Below, in pieces: positions 46,283-55,700 of a DNA stretch of 64,000 nucleotides. Position numbers and translations under genes: made by a program. The stretch is from Bacteroidia bacterium (lineage in GTDB: Bacteria > Bacteroidota > Bacteroidia > NS11-12g > UBA955). Every line of letters starts with the position of its first letter. Within the stretch, counting starts at the first letter, position 1. The notes under the pieces are model-generated. The model saw only the letters and a list, made by a program, of their open reading frames with translations. It ran no database searches and was not told where the DNA came from. The stretch spans positions 13,176 through 77,175 of the forward strand of contig JBILJV010000002.1 of the NCBI GenBank assembly GCA_044377005.1. The letters are read 5' to 3'.

Positions 46283-46798
46283 TTATTTATGTGAAATTTT
46301 AAAATTAATTTTGCATTTAAACTTAAGACTCATATCCGTGTCTTGATTTAATATTGCATCTGCAATAATGTAAACGTTGTCTTGTTTTAAAACTTCTATT
46401 AATTTTTCTTGCTCTCCTGCAATTTTTAAAGTTAAAGATTGACTGTTTTTTTCAATTGGATTTACTAATCCTAATTTAATCATGTCTGTTTGGTCTGAAA
46501 CTATTTGTAACGTAATAGATTGAAATAAGTCAAAATTAGTACTATCATCTATTGATAGTATAATTTCACTAACCTTTGCACTATTCAGTTGTTCATTGGT
46601 TAATTTATGTTCATTCAAAAAATCGGATAATGGAGCTTCAATAAGAGCCTGCCCTGTATTTGATCCCTCAAAAAGAGGTCCTTCTGCCATTATTTCAATG
46701 TTTTCAATAAGCAAATCTTTTTCATTAGATTCATTACTGCCACAGCCTATTAACACAAAAATTAGTGTAAAAATTAAAGGTAATTTTAAACGTCTCAT
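46283..46798 (-). CDS. Lipoprotein (hypothetical)
   Basis: Lipobox VLIGCGS. I recognise no family. It is the first gene of a four-gene same-strand cluster. Confidence 0.55.
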   Translation of the reverse strand: MRRLKLPLIFTLIFVLIGCGSNESNEKDLLIENIEIMAEGPLFEGSNTGQALIEAPLSDFLNEHKLTNEQLNSAKVSEIILSIDDSTNFDLFQSITLQIVSDQTDMIKLGLVNPIEKNSQSLTLKIAGEQEKLIEVLKQDNVYIIADAILNQDTDMSLKFKCKINFKISHK

Positions 46799-46885
46799 AA
46801 CGCAATATTAATAACACATTTTCGAACTACAAAATTTTTTTAAAAGATACCTGTAAATCGATTTTTTATATTAATCGCATTAAGA

Positions 46886-46893
46886 TAGTTTTG
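46886..46893 (+). promoter_or_regulatory. -7 promoter box TAGTTTTG
   Basis: Matches TAnnTTTG, 4 nt upstream of ATG 46898. Confidence 0.5.
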
Positions 46894-46897
46894 CAAA

Positions 46898-48319
46898 ATG
46901 TATCTTAATCAATCGGAGTTATTTATCAAGCATTTAGATTTGTTTAAAAAAATTGGTGAATTGGCCGATAAACAGAACAAAGAAATTTATTTGATAGGCG
47001 GATTTGTAAGGGATATTATTTTACACAGACCTTCTAAGGATATCGACTTTGTAGTAATAGGAAAAGGAATTGATTTTGCTAAATCTTTGGCTCAAGTATT
47101 GGGAAATGCTAAGGTTTCTTTTTTTGAAAATTATGGAACTGCACAAATTTCTTACGAAGATTTAATCATTGAGTTTGTAGGCGCAAGAAAAGAAAGTTAC
47201 CAAAGGGACAGTCGAAATCCTATTGTTGAAGACGGAACATTGAAAGACGATCAAGACAGAAGAGATTTAACCATCAATGCCATGGGAATTGGTTTGAATC
47301 GTGCAAACTTTGGACAATTAATCGACCCATTCGATGGATTGGGGGACATTGAAAGGCAAACTATAAGAACCCCGCTCGACCCTGATAAAACGTTTAGCGA
47401 TGACCCTTTACGGATGATGAGAGCCATTAGATTTGCAACCCAATTAGGCTTTAAAATTGATGAAGAAACATTTGAGGGGATTGCTAAAAACAAGGATAGA
47501 ATTAGTATTATTTCTCAAGAACGAATTACCGAGGAGTTGAATAAAATTATTATGTCTCCTGTTCCTTCAATCGGTTTTGAATACCTTTATTACACAGGTC
47601 TTCTTGAATTGGTTTTTCCTGAAATGCAGGCACTTCATGGCGTCGATACGATTAATGGATTCAGTCACAAGGATAATTTTTTCCATACTTTACAAGTGCT
47701 TGATAATCTTTGCCAATTGAGCGATGATTTATGGTTGCGTTGGGCCGCTATTTTACATGATATTGCCAAACCTGCTACTAAACGTTTTGAGCCTGGTATT
47801 GGATGGACTTTTCATGGTCACGAAGACAAAGGAAGTAGAATGGTGAAACCTATTTTCAAAAAGTTAAAATTGCCATTGAATGAAAAAATGAAGTTTGTTG
47901 AGAAAATGGTTCTTTTGCACCTTCGCCCTATTGTTTTGTCACAAGAAAAAGTAACAGATAGTGCAGTTAGGCGTTTAATGATGGAAATTGGTGAGGACAT
48001 TGACCAGTTAATGAAACTTTGTAAAAGTGATATCACTAGTAAAAATGAAAAAAAAGTAGAGCGTATTAAACAGAATTTTGCCATTGTAGAAGAGAAAATT
48101 AAACAAGTTGCAGAAAAAGACTATCTCAGAAATTGGCAACCACCCATATCAGGAACAGATATTATCAATAGGTATCAAATCATAAAAAAGGAACATATTG
48201 GACTACTAAAAAATGCAGTAAAACAAAGTATTTTAGATGGAACTGTGGCCGATGTTCAAGCCGAAGCATTTGTTTTTTTGGATCAATTGGCTCATGAAAT
48301 GGGAATTCAAAAGAAATAA
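46898..48319 (+). CDS. CCA-adding enzyme / poly(A) polymerase-family tRNA nucleotidyltransferase with an HD domain
   Basis: LIGGFVRDIIL..SKDIDFVV, RDLTINAM, DDPLRMMRAIRFA, and HD region HTLQVLD...LHDIAKP. Confidence 0.88.
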   Translation: MYLNQSELFIKHLDLFKKIGELADKQNKEIYLIGGFVRDIILHRPSKDIDFVVIGKGIDFAKSLAQVLGNAKVSFFENYGTAQISYEDLIIEFVGARKESYQRDSRNPIVEDGTLKDDQDRRDLTINAMGIGLNRANFGQLIDPFDGLGDIERQTIRTPLDPDKTFSDDPLRMMRAIRFATQLGFKIDEETFEGIAKNKDRISIISQERITEELNKIIMSPVPSIGFEYLYYTGLLELVFPEMQALHGVDTINGFSHKDNFFHTLQVLDNLCQLSDDLWLRWAAILHDIAKPATKRFEPGIGWTFHGHEDKGSRMVKPIFKKLKLPLNEKMKFVEKMVLLHLRPIVLSQEKVTDSAVRRLMMEIGEDIDQLMKLCKSDITSKNEKKVERIKQNFAIVEEKIKQVAEKDYLRNWQPPISGTDIINRYQIIKKEHIGLLKNAVKQSILDGTVADVQAEAFVFLDQLAHEMGIQKK

Positions 48320-48395
48320 AATTTTAATTTAAAATTGAATAAATAAGAAATCAAGGAATAGGATTAATTTACTTTGACTTGTTTTTAATTTATTT

Positions 48396-48403
48396 TACAT
48401 TTG
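48396..48403 (+). promoter_or_regulatory. -7 promoter box TACATTTG
   Basis: Matches TAnnTTTG, 6 nt upstream of ATG 48410. The ORF-track TTG start at 48401 lies inside this box. Confidence 0.45.
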
Positions 48404-48409
48404 CAAAAT

Positions 48410-48991
48410 ATGATCTATCGTTTTAAGGTTTGGTTTGAAGAAGATGAAGATATTTGCAGAGTCATCGACGTTTCACCAATTTCGAGTTTTGAAGTTTTCT
48501 TTAATGCAATCATAGATGCAATCGGTTTTAATAAAAAACTAGATTCATCTTTTTATATTTCTGATGACAATTGGAGAAAAGGAAAAGAAATAAGTTTGAA
48601 AGATTCTTCTAAACTTTTAATGAGTCAAGCCAAATTAAACACTCATATCAATGACCCTCATCAAAAATTTATATTTATAACAGATTTTAATGAAGAATGG
48701 ACTTTACTTATAGAATTACAAAGCATACAAAATGATGTAAAAGGAATTAATTATCCTTTGGTATTCAAATCAATAGGAAAAGCTCCTAAACAAAATGAAG
48801 GGGTTGGAAGATTCAAGATTGTTGATGAAAATGAATTTGACGAAATAGCCAACAAATTAGTAAGCAAGCATGCACCATTAGTAGAAGATGGATTCGATGA
48901 GGAAGGATTTGGAGAAGAAGGTGAAGATATTGATGAAGAGGAGGATGAATTTGGTGAATCATTTGGCGAAGGTCCAGAGGAACTTTATTAA
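48410..48991 (+). CDS. Hypothetical protein, possibly pRiA4b-ORF3-like fold, with a poly-acidic C-terminal tail
   Basis: N-terminus MIYRFKVWFEEDEDICRVIDVSPISSFEVFFNAIIDAIGF resembles that family only loosely. Tail EDGFDEEGFGEEGEDIDEEEDEFGESFGEGPEE. Confidence 0.55.
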   Translation: MIYRFKVWFEEDEDICRVIDVSPISSFEVFFNAIIDAIGFNKKLDSSFYISDDNWRKGKEISLKDSSKLLMSQAKLNTHINDPHQKFIFITDFNEEWTLLIELQSIQNDVKGINYPLVFKSIGKAPKQNEGVGRFKIVDENEFDEIANKLVSKHAPLVEDGFDEEGFGEEGEDIDEEEDEFGESFGEGPEELY

Positions 48992-49761
48992 TGAAAATCA
49001 AAGTTACTATTTTAGGCTCAGGTACTTCTCAAGGTGTTCCATTGATTGCTTGCAGTTGTGTGGTTTGTAATAGCAGTAATGATAAAGACAAAAGATTAAG
49101 AAGTAGTATTAAAATAGAAGTTGAAAATAAAACTTTTGTAATAGACAGTGGTCCAGATTTTAGACAGCAAATGTTAAGGTCCAATACCAAACAACTCAAT
49201 GCCTTAATTTTTACTCACGAACATAAAGATCACATTGCAGGAATGGATGACATAAGAGCATTTAATTATGTTAATAAATCTGCTATAGATGTATATGCGA
49301 CTGATAGGGTTGAAGATGCTTTGAAAAGAGAGTATGCCTATATTTTTTCTGATGAAAAATATCCTGGAATCCCTGAGATTAATCTAATAAATATAGAAAA
49401 TAAACCATTTTTTGTTCAAGATATTGAGGTAGTCCCAATTCAAGTGTATCACTATAAGCTGCCAGTTTTGGGTTTTCGATTTGGGGATTTTACCTATATA
49501 ACAGATGCCAATTTCATTAATGATGATGAAAAGGCAAAAATAAAAGGCTCAAAAGTGTTAATTGTTAATGCACTTAGACGAGAACAACACATCAGTCACT
49601 TTACTATGGAGGAAGCTATTACTTTGGGTCAGGAATTGAAAGTGCCACAAATATATTTTACACACATCAGTCACCAACTTGGCTTGCATTATGAAGTTGA
49701 AAAAGAATTGCCTCAAGGATTTCATTTGGCCTACGATGGCCTTGAGATTCTAGTTGACTAA
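48991..49761 (+). CDS. MBL-fold metallo-hydrolase (PhnP-like)
   Basis: ILGSGTSQGVP, Cys cluster CSCVVC, and HEHKDH metal motif. The start overlaps the upstream stop (TAATG). Confidence 0.85.
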   Translation: MKIKVTILGSGTSQGVPLIACSCVVCNSSNDKDKRLRSSIKIEVENKTFVIDSGPDFRQQMLRSNTKQLNALIFTHEHKDHIAGMDDIRAFNYVNKSAIDVYATDRVEDALKREYAYIFSDEKYPGIPEINLINIENKPFFVQDIEVVPIQVYHYKLPVLGFRFGDFTYITDANFINDDEKAKIKGSKVLIVNALRREQHISHFTMEEAITLGQELKVPQIYFTHISHQLGLHYEVEKELPQGFHLAYDGLEILVD

Positions 49762-49813
49762 AAGTGTTATTTAATTTCTTTTATAACGAGTTAAAAACGA
49801 ACACTAATGGGAT

Positions 49814-51022
49814 TTAATAATCATAATTTTTGATTACTTTTTTATAAAAACTAAGCCAATGTTTTGATACATTTTGGTTTTCATAATTAAATAATGCCAA
49901 TTGATAACCATTTTCTGAAATAGTGTCTCTTAAATCAGGGTTTTGAATCAATTCAATTAAAGCATTTGCAAAATCTTTGGCATTGTCAGCTATGTAACAA
50001 TGTTTTTTGTCAATCACATCAATTCCTTTTGCTCCAATACTTGTGGTAACAATTGCCTTTTTAGCAAACATACCTTCAATCGTTTTTATTCTAATTCCAC
50101 TTCCACTCATCAAGGGAACAACGAGAATGGATTTATCGGAAGTAAATTTTTTTAAATCATTGACTTGCCCAACAATATGAAAATTTTCTGTTTTTAATTT
50201 GGAAAACTCTTCGGGCATGTTTTTGCCAGCCATATAAAAATGAGCGTCAGGTATTTTGTTAATGACTAACCTCCATACGTTTTGTGCAAACCATAGCATA
50301 GCTTGTTGATTGGGTATCCATTCCATTGAGCCAATGTGGTAAACATATTTGGAATTCACTTTACTTCCAGGAGGATTGGAGTTATTAATAATCCCTGCAG
50401 GAATTGTGGTCAGTACATTGAGGTAATTATTATATGAAATGACAGATTCATCTGTTTTAGCAATGGTTGCTATGCCATCAAAAATGCCAAAAACACGAGT
50501 CTCGAATTTCTTAATTTGCTTAGCAAAATACTTAAATAAGATTTTTTTATGGATAGATTTAGTGTTTGATGCCAAAGTTTCCCATATTTTATATTCAATA
50601 TTGTGTTGTCTTAAAACAATTGGTGTGTTTGATATTTGTGAAATATTGTAAGCATATTTTGCAACATATAAACCTTCAAAATGAATAATATCAAAAGTTT
50701 GTGATTGGATGTAATTGATTAGTTCTTTTTCAAAATCTGAGTTGTAAAAACGGTCTAAATTGTATGAACCTGCCAAGAAAAAACTTTTAAGAGCGGATTT
50801 CAATCTGATATCAGTATCCAAATAAAAGGGTTTAATTTTTTTTAGAAATGAAAACTGATTATCTATGGTTGAATAATCAACAAAATGCTTTTTAGTATTT
50901 ATTGAAAAATAGTGAACTTCAACCCCAATATCACATAAACCCTTAAGCATGTTGTAGGTAGCAATTGCCCCACCATCATGCAGTGGATAAGGTATGCGAC
51001 TGCCAATTACAAGGACTTTCAT
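49814..51022 (-). CDS. Glycosyltransferase family 4 (GT-B fold)
   Basis: MKVLVIGSRIPYPLHDGGAIATYN N-terminus and C-terminal EGMFAKKAIVTTSIGAKGI (E-x7-E-like region). Confidence 0.82.
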   Translation of the reverse strand: MKVLVIGSRIPYPLHDGGAIATYNMLKGLCDIGVEVHYFSINTKKHFVDYSTIDNQFSFLKKIKPFYLDTDIRLKSALKSFFLAGSYNLDRFYNSDFEKELINYIQSQTFDIIHFEGLYVAKYAYNISQISNTPIVLRQHNIEYKIWETLASNTKSIHKKILFKYFAKQIKKFETRVFGIFDGIATIAKTDESVISYNNYLNVLTTIPAGIINNSNPPGSKVNSKYVYHIGSMEWIPNQQAMLWFAQNVWRLVINKIPDAHFYMAGKNMPEEFSKLKTENFHIVGQVNDLKKFTSDKSILVVPLMSGSGIRIKTIEGMFAKKAIVTTSIGAKGIDVIDKKHCYIADNAKDFANALIELIQNPDLRDTISENGYQLALFNYENQNVSKHWLSFYKKVIKNYDY

Positions 51023-51052
51023 TGTTAAAAGTAAGTTGCTAAATAAGAAAGA

Positions 51053-51706
51053 TTAAAAGGATGCAATTAAAGCTCCTATTAAAAGTAAAGCTATTACTAA
51101 TAAAGCAAGATAAATAATTAATACACTTTTTGCTAACCCATAACCTCTGTAAGCATAATTAGATGTTTTAATTACACCAAGAGAATATGAGCAGAGTAAT
51201 AATCCAGCAAGACCAAAAAAGGCAAATAAAAATGGAGTCAATAGGGCTAAAAGTAAACCTCCATAAAACAAGATACCTCCCCATTTTGCATTGCGTTCAA
51301 ATGGTCTGTCATCATTGGTCATCTTTGCTTGATTTGGTTTTATATATGTTTTAATTATTTCCTTTTTCTTTTCAATTTTATCAAGAATTGGTTTCTTGGG
51401 AAATTGATTAATCATTGTGTTAGTTTTAGTTTGGGTTGTTTCATTTTCAAACTTTGTGAATGTAGAAATCGTAGAAGTATTTTCTATTGATGAAAGAAAG
51501 GTTTCTTCAACTTGATTTTGTATGTTTTGAGTTTTAGGAATTGATTTTCTTTTCACTTTAGATGGATTTGAAGTAACATTCTTTTCAGAATTCTTGCCAA
51601 AATCAAGATTTATTTTAAGACCATTCCCATAACGAGCTTTTGTAATTACACCACAAGAAGACAGTGTAACTAATACAATAAACAACAAGGTTAATTTATT
51701 TTTCAT
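51053..51706 (-). CDS. Lipoprotein-signal protein with a C-terminal multi-TM region (hypothetical)
   Basis: The ATG at 51706 gives MKNKLTLLFIVLVTLSSCG (lipobox), then a T/N/K-rich linker and three hydrophobic helices at the C-terminus. Confidence 0.55.
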   Translation of the reverse strand: MKNKLTLLFIVLVTLSSCGVITKARYGNGLKINLDFGKNSEKNVTSNPSKVKRKSIPKTQNIQNQVEETFLSSIENTSTISTFTKFENETTQTKTNTMINQFPKKPILDKIEKKKEIIKTYIKPNQAKMTNDDRPFERNAKWGGILFYGGLLLALLTPFLFAFFGLAGLLLCSYSLGVIKTSNYAYRGYGLAKSVLIIYLALLVIALLLIGALIASF

Positions 51707-51713
51707 AAGTGAG

Positions 51714-51721
51714 CAAAAGTA
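51714..51721 (-). promoter_or_regulatory. -7 promoter box TACTTTTG
   Basis: Matches TAnnTTTG on the minus strand, 7 nt upstream of ATG 51706. It lies inside the longer ORF-track version. Confidence 0.45.
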
Positions 51722-51812
51722 ATAAAAAATATAATTGTTTCGAATCGAGATAAAAAAAACTAAAATAAATTGATTTTTTTTTAACAAGTATTGTATTTTA
51801 AATATAAAGTGT

Positions 51813-51820
51813 TACTTTTG
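51813..51820 (+). promoter_or_regulatory. -7 promoter box TACTTTTG (rpsT)
   Basis: Matches TAnnTTTG, 18 nt upstream of ATG 51839. Confidence 0.55.
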
Positions 51821-51838
51821 CAGTCCTTTTTATAGAAA

Positions 51839-52093
51839 ATGGCAAATCATAAATCATCCATCAAAAGAATCAGACAAACTGAGGTTAAGAACGAAAGAAA
51901 TCGTTATCAACATAAAACAGCACGTAACTTAATTAAGAAATTAAGATTATCAACTGATAAAAATGAGGCGATAGCTTTATTAACTACAACAATCAGTAGT
52001 ATTGATAAGTTAGCAAAGCGTAACATAATCCATAAAAACAAAGCAGCTAACTTAAAGTCTAGCTTAACTATACACGTTAACAATTTAGCTTAA
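51839..52093 (+). CDS. rpsT: 30S ribosomal protein S20
   Basis: [22 protein letters not shown]..., 84 aa, basic. Confidence 0.95.
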   Translation: MANHKSSIKRIRQTEVKNERNRYQHKTARNLIKKLRLSTDKNEAIALLTTTISSIDKLAKRNIIHKNKAANLKSSLTIHVNNLA

Positions 52094-52118
52094 CAAATAA
52101 TATTTTTAAAAAAAATTC

Positions 52119-52146
52119 AGCCTCCGGAAACGGGGGCTTTTTTTAT
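52119..52146 (+). terminator. Intrinsic terminator of rpsT
   Basis: AGCCTCCG-GAAA-CGGGGGCT followed by a T-run. Confidence 0.8.
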
Positions 52147-52159
52147 TATAAAAATCACA

Positions 52160-52167
52160 TACATTTG
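52160..52167 (+). promoter_or_regulatory. -7 promoter box TACATTTG (a second box, TAAGTTTG, lies at 52171-52178)
   Basis: Matches TAnnTTTG, 67 nt (second box 56 nt) upstream of ATG 52235. Confidence 0.4.
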
Positions 52168-52234
52168 CAATAAGTTTGTTAAGTCAAATAAAAGAGCAAT
52201 AATTTCAAAAAAATAAATAGAAAATTTTACATTT

Positions 52235-53491
52235 ATGTCAGATATATTCGAAAAAGTGATAAGAAATATGGGTCCTTTGGGTGCTCATATCAATGAAGCG
52301 CATGGTTATTTTACATTTCCAAAATTAGAAGGTGAAATTGGACCTAAAATGAATTTCAATGGAAGAGAAAAATTAAATTGGAGTTTGAACAACTATTTAG
52401 GTTTAGCAAATCATCCAGAAGTAAGAAAAGCAGATGCTGATGCAGCAGCACAATATGGTTTAGCTTACCCTATGGGTGCTAGAATGATGAGTGGTAATAG
52501 TAATCCTCATGAACAATTAGAAAGAGAGTTAGCTGCATTCATGGGTAAAGAGGATTCAATTTTATTGAATTTTGGTTACCAAGGTGTTTTGTCTATAATA
52601 GATGCTATGGTTGATCGTCACGATGTGATTGTTTATGATGCTGAATCTCATGCATGTATTGTTGATGGTGTAAGATTGCACCAAGGACAACGTTTTATGT
52701 TTAAACACAATGATATTGAAAGTTGCGAAAAACAATTGCAACGTGCGCAAAGATTAGTTGAAAAGTCAGGTGGTGGAATTTTTGTAATTACAGAGGGCGT
52801 TTTTGGAATGAGTGGTAATCAAGGTAAACTTAAAGAAATAGTTGAATTGAAAAAGTCATACAATTTCAGAATATTTGTTGATGATGCACATGGTTTTGGA
52901 ACTATGGGTAAAACAGGTGCTGGAACTGCCGAAGAACAAGGTGTAACAGATGAAATAGATTTGATTTTCTCAACATTTGCAAAATCAATGGCTAGTATAG
53001 GTGCATTTGTTGCAGGACCTAAACTAGTTTTAAATTACTTGCGTTATAATTTACGTTCTCAAATTTATGCAAAATCATTACCAATGCCTTTAGTAGTGGG
53101 TGCATTGAAAAGATTAGATTTAATAAGAACTCAACCAGAACTTAAAGAAAAACTTTGGGAGAATGTTAATGCATTACAAAGCGGTTTAAAAGAAGCTGGA
53201 TTTAATATTGGAACAACATCAACTCCGGTAACTCCAGTTGTTTTAAATGGTACAGTTGCAGAGTCTACACATTTGACTTTTGATTTAAGAGAAAATTATG
53301 ATATTTTCTGTTCGATAGTCGTTTATCCTGTTATTCCAAAAGGATTAATTATTCTAAGACTTATTCCAACTGCTGCTCACTCTTTAGCAGATGTTGAAAG
53401 AACAATTAAAGCTTTCAAAGACATTAAAGAAAATTTAGAAGCTGGAAAATACCGCAAAGAAGAATTGATGAATGCGGCAATCAAATCTTAA
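52235..53491 (+). CDS. PLP-dependent alpha-oxoamine synthase family acyltransferase (KBL / AONS / serine-palmitoyltransferase-like)
   Basis: NNYLGLANHPEV, DDAHGFG, and Schiff-base lysine context STFAKSMAS. Confidence 0.88.
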   Translation: MSDIFEKVIRNMGPLGAHINEAHGYFTFPKLEGEIGPKMNFNGREKLNWSLNNYLGLANHPEVRKADADAAAQYGLAYPMGARMMSGNSNPHEQLERELAAFMGKEDSILLNFGYQGVLSIIDAMVDRHDVIVYDAESHACIVDGVRLHQGQRFMFKHNDIESCEKQLQRAQRLVEKSGGGIFVITEGVFGMSGNQGKLKEIVELKKSYNFRIFVDDAHGFGTMGKTGAGTAEEQGVTDEIDLIFSTFAKSMASIGAFVAGPKLVLNYLRYNLRSQIYAKSLPMPLVVGALKRLDLIRTQPELKEKLWENVNALQSGLKEAGFNIGTTSTPVTPVVLNGTVAESTHLTFDLRENYDIFCSIVVYPVIPKGLIILRLIPTAAHSLADVERTIKAFKDIKENLEAGKYRKEELMNAAIKS

Positions 53492-53521
53492 TAGCTTCTT
53501 TTTTAAGTAATAAACAAATTT

Positions 53522-53558
53522 AAAATGTCCATTTAATAGTTTAAATGGACATTTTTTT
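53522..53558 (+). terminator. Intrinsic terminator
   Basis: ATGTCCATTTAA-TAG-TTTAAATGGACAT followed by T7, ending immediately before ATG 53559. Confidence 0.8.
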
Positions 53559-54458
53559 ATGAAAAAAACACTAAAAAATTTATATAAATCATACTTTTTC
53601 CTTTCAAGAGGGGAGAGAATTGGTTTGCTTGTTCTTATAAGTTTGATTCTTTTGATAACTGTTATTCCTTTTTTTGAAATTAAATCCACTATAGAAACCA
53701 CAAATTTTGATTCTTTCGATTCATTGGTAAATGAATTAAACAATAATTCAATAAAGAAAAAATCAGAACAAAGTTCCAAAAGTATAAATGTCCGTTTTGA
53801 ATTTAATCCCAATACAATAGAAGAAAAAGGACTCCTTGAATTAGGTTTTACAAGTTATATAGCAAAAAGGATAGTAAATTTTAGATCCAAGGGAGGTTCA
53901 TTTAAAAATGCAGATGATTTGTTCAAAATATATGGTATAGACAGTGGATTGGTAATGGAATTAAAACCATTTATAACAATTCCTTCTGTAAAAAAAGAAG
54001 AAAATAAATTGGAAGAAAAATACACATATAAAAGCAATACAGATATTAAAAAAAATGAAATTCAAACAGATATAAACAAAATAGATACCACAGAATTAAA
54101 GAAAATATATGGAATAGGGAGTAAATTAGCCAACAGAATTGTTCTTTACAGAGAAAAGTTGGGTGGATTTTACAGTTACAGTCAGCTAAATGAAGTGTGG
54201 GGATTAAATCCTAGCATAGTTGAGTTGCTTCAAAAGAAATTTGTTTTTAAAAAAGAAACTATTAAAAAAATAAACATAAATATAGTTGATCAAAAAATAT
54301 TGGAACAGCACCCTTATATAGGTTTCAAAACTGCTAAAAATATAATGGCATACAAGAAACAACATGGTAAATTCAATACAATAGAAGATCTAAGAAAAAT
54401 TATTTCGTTAAAAGACAGTGTTATTATTCGATTAAATAATTATTTAATAGTTGAATAA
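53559..54458 (+). CDS. ComEA-like protein with three helix-hairpin-helix repeats, membrane-anchored
   Basis: N-terminal TM segment and three repeats of the type [31 protein letters not shown]. Confidence 0.78.
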   Translation: MKKTLKNLYKSYFFLSRGERIGLLVLISLILLITVIPFFEIKSTIETTNFDSFDSLVNELNNNSIKKKSEQSSKSINVRFEFNPNTIEEKGLLELGFTSYIAKRIVNFRSKGGSFKNADDLFKIYGIDSGLVMELKPFITIPSVKKEENKLEEKYTYKSNTDIKKNEIQTDINKIDTTELKKIYGIGSKLANRIVLYREKLGGFYSYSQLNEVWGLNPSIVELLQKKFVFKKETIKKININIVDQKILEQHPYIGFKTAKNIMAYKKQHGKFNTIEDLRKIISLKDSVIIRLNNYLIVE

Positions 54459-54483
54459 GTGAAAAAAATAGAAGGATTTTTTT

Positions 54484-54491
54484 TATTTTTG
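54484..54491 (+). promoter_or_regulatory. -7 promoter box TATTTTTG
   Basis: Matches TAnnTTTG, 8 nt upstream of ATG 54500. Confidence 0.45.
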
Positions 54492-54499
54492 CACGAATT

Positions 54500-55639
54500 A
54501 TGAATTTTAATATCTCAGAAAGCCAATTAATGATTAGGCAAATGTGCAAAGATTTTGCAGATAAGAATATACGTCCATCAATAATGGAATGGGACGAAAA
54601 TCAAATTTTCCCTAAAGAGTTATTTAAAGAAATGGGTGAGTTAGGATTAATGGGTATTTTAGTTCCAGAAGAATATGGTGGGTCAGGCTTGGGTTATTTT
54701 GAATATGCTGATGCCATAGTTGAAATAGCTAGAGTTTGTGGGTCAATAGGTTTAAGTATGGCAGCCCATAATAGTTTATGTACTGGACACATATTGCAGT
54801 TTGGAAACGAAGATCAAAAAAAGAAATGGTTGCCCAAATTGGCTTCAGGTGAATGGATAGGTGCTTGGGGTTTAACCGAGGCAAATACAGGTAGCGATGC
54901 TATGCGTATGAAAGTAACAGCAAAACAAGAAGGTGAATATTGGGTTTTGAATGGTGCTAAAAATTGGATTACGCATGGTATTACAGGTGATGTAGCAGTA
55001 GTTTTGGCAAGAACAGGTGAGTTGTTAGACTCACATGGAATCACTGCGTTTGTAGTTGAAAGAGGAACTGCAGGATTTAAAGCAGGTAAAAAAGAAAATA
55101 AATTAGGAATGAGAGCCAGTGAAACGGCAGAGATGATATTTGAGGATTGTAAAGTTCACGAAAGTCAAATTTTAGGAAAAGTTGGAGAAGGGTTCATTCA
55201 AGCAATGAAAATTTTGGATGGAGGAAGGATTTCAATTGCTGCGTTATCATTAGGAATCGCAAAAGGCGCTTACGATGCATCAGTAAAATATGCACAAGAG
55301 AGAGAACAATTTGGTCAACCAATTGCTAATTTTCAAGCAATAGGATTTAAGTTAGCAGATATGGCAACTCAAATTGAAGCTTCAGAATTATTGATTCAAG
55401 AAGCTTGTTATTTGAAAAATGCAGGTCAAAGTGTAACCAAAGTTTCGGCAATGGCCAAATATTATGCAAGTGAAGTTTGTGTAAAAGTTTCAACAGAGGC
55501 TATTCAAATTTTTGGAGGTTATGGTTATACCAAAGATTTCCCAGTTGAGAAATTTTATAGAGATAGCAAGCTATGTACCATAGGAGAGGGCACTTCAGAA
55601 ATTCAAAAATTAGTCATTTCACGACAAGTTCTAAAATAA
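54500..55639 (+). CDS. Acyl-CoA dehydrogenase (short/medium-chain type)
   Basis: [43 protein letters not shown]. Confidence 0.93.
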   Translation: MNFNISESQLMIRQMCKDFADKNIRPSIMEWDENQIFPKELFKEMGELGLMGILVPEEYGGSGLGYFEYADAIVEIARVCGSIGLSMAAHNSLCTGHILQFGNEDQKKKWLPKLASGEWIGAWGLTEANTGSDAMRMKVTAKQEGEYWVLNGAKNWITHGITGDVAVVLARTGELLDSHGITAFVVERGTAGFKAGKKENKLGMRASETAEMIFEDCKVHESQILGKVGEGFIQAMKILDGGRISIAALSLGIAKGAYDASVKYAQEREQFGQPIANFQAIGFKLADMATQIEASELLIQEACYLKNAGQSVTKVSAMAKYYASEVCVKVSTEAIQIFGGYGYTKDFPVEKFYRDSKLCTIGEGTSEIQKLVISRQVLK

Positions 55640-55673
55640 TTATTAATTTACTTGCATTTACAGAAATAAACAT

Positions 55674-55681
55674 TAAATTTG
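55674..55681 (+). promoter_or_regulatory. -7 promoter box TAAATTTG (rpsU)
   Basis: Matches TAnnTTTG, 19 nt upstream of ATG 55701. Confidence 0.5.
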
Positions 55682-55700
55682 CACTCCATTAAATAAAGAA

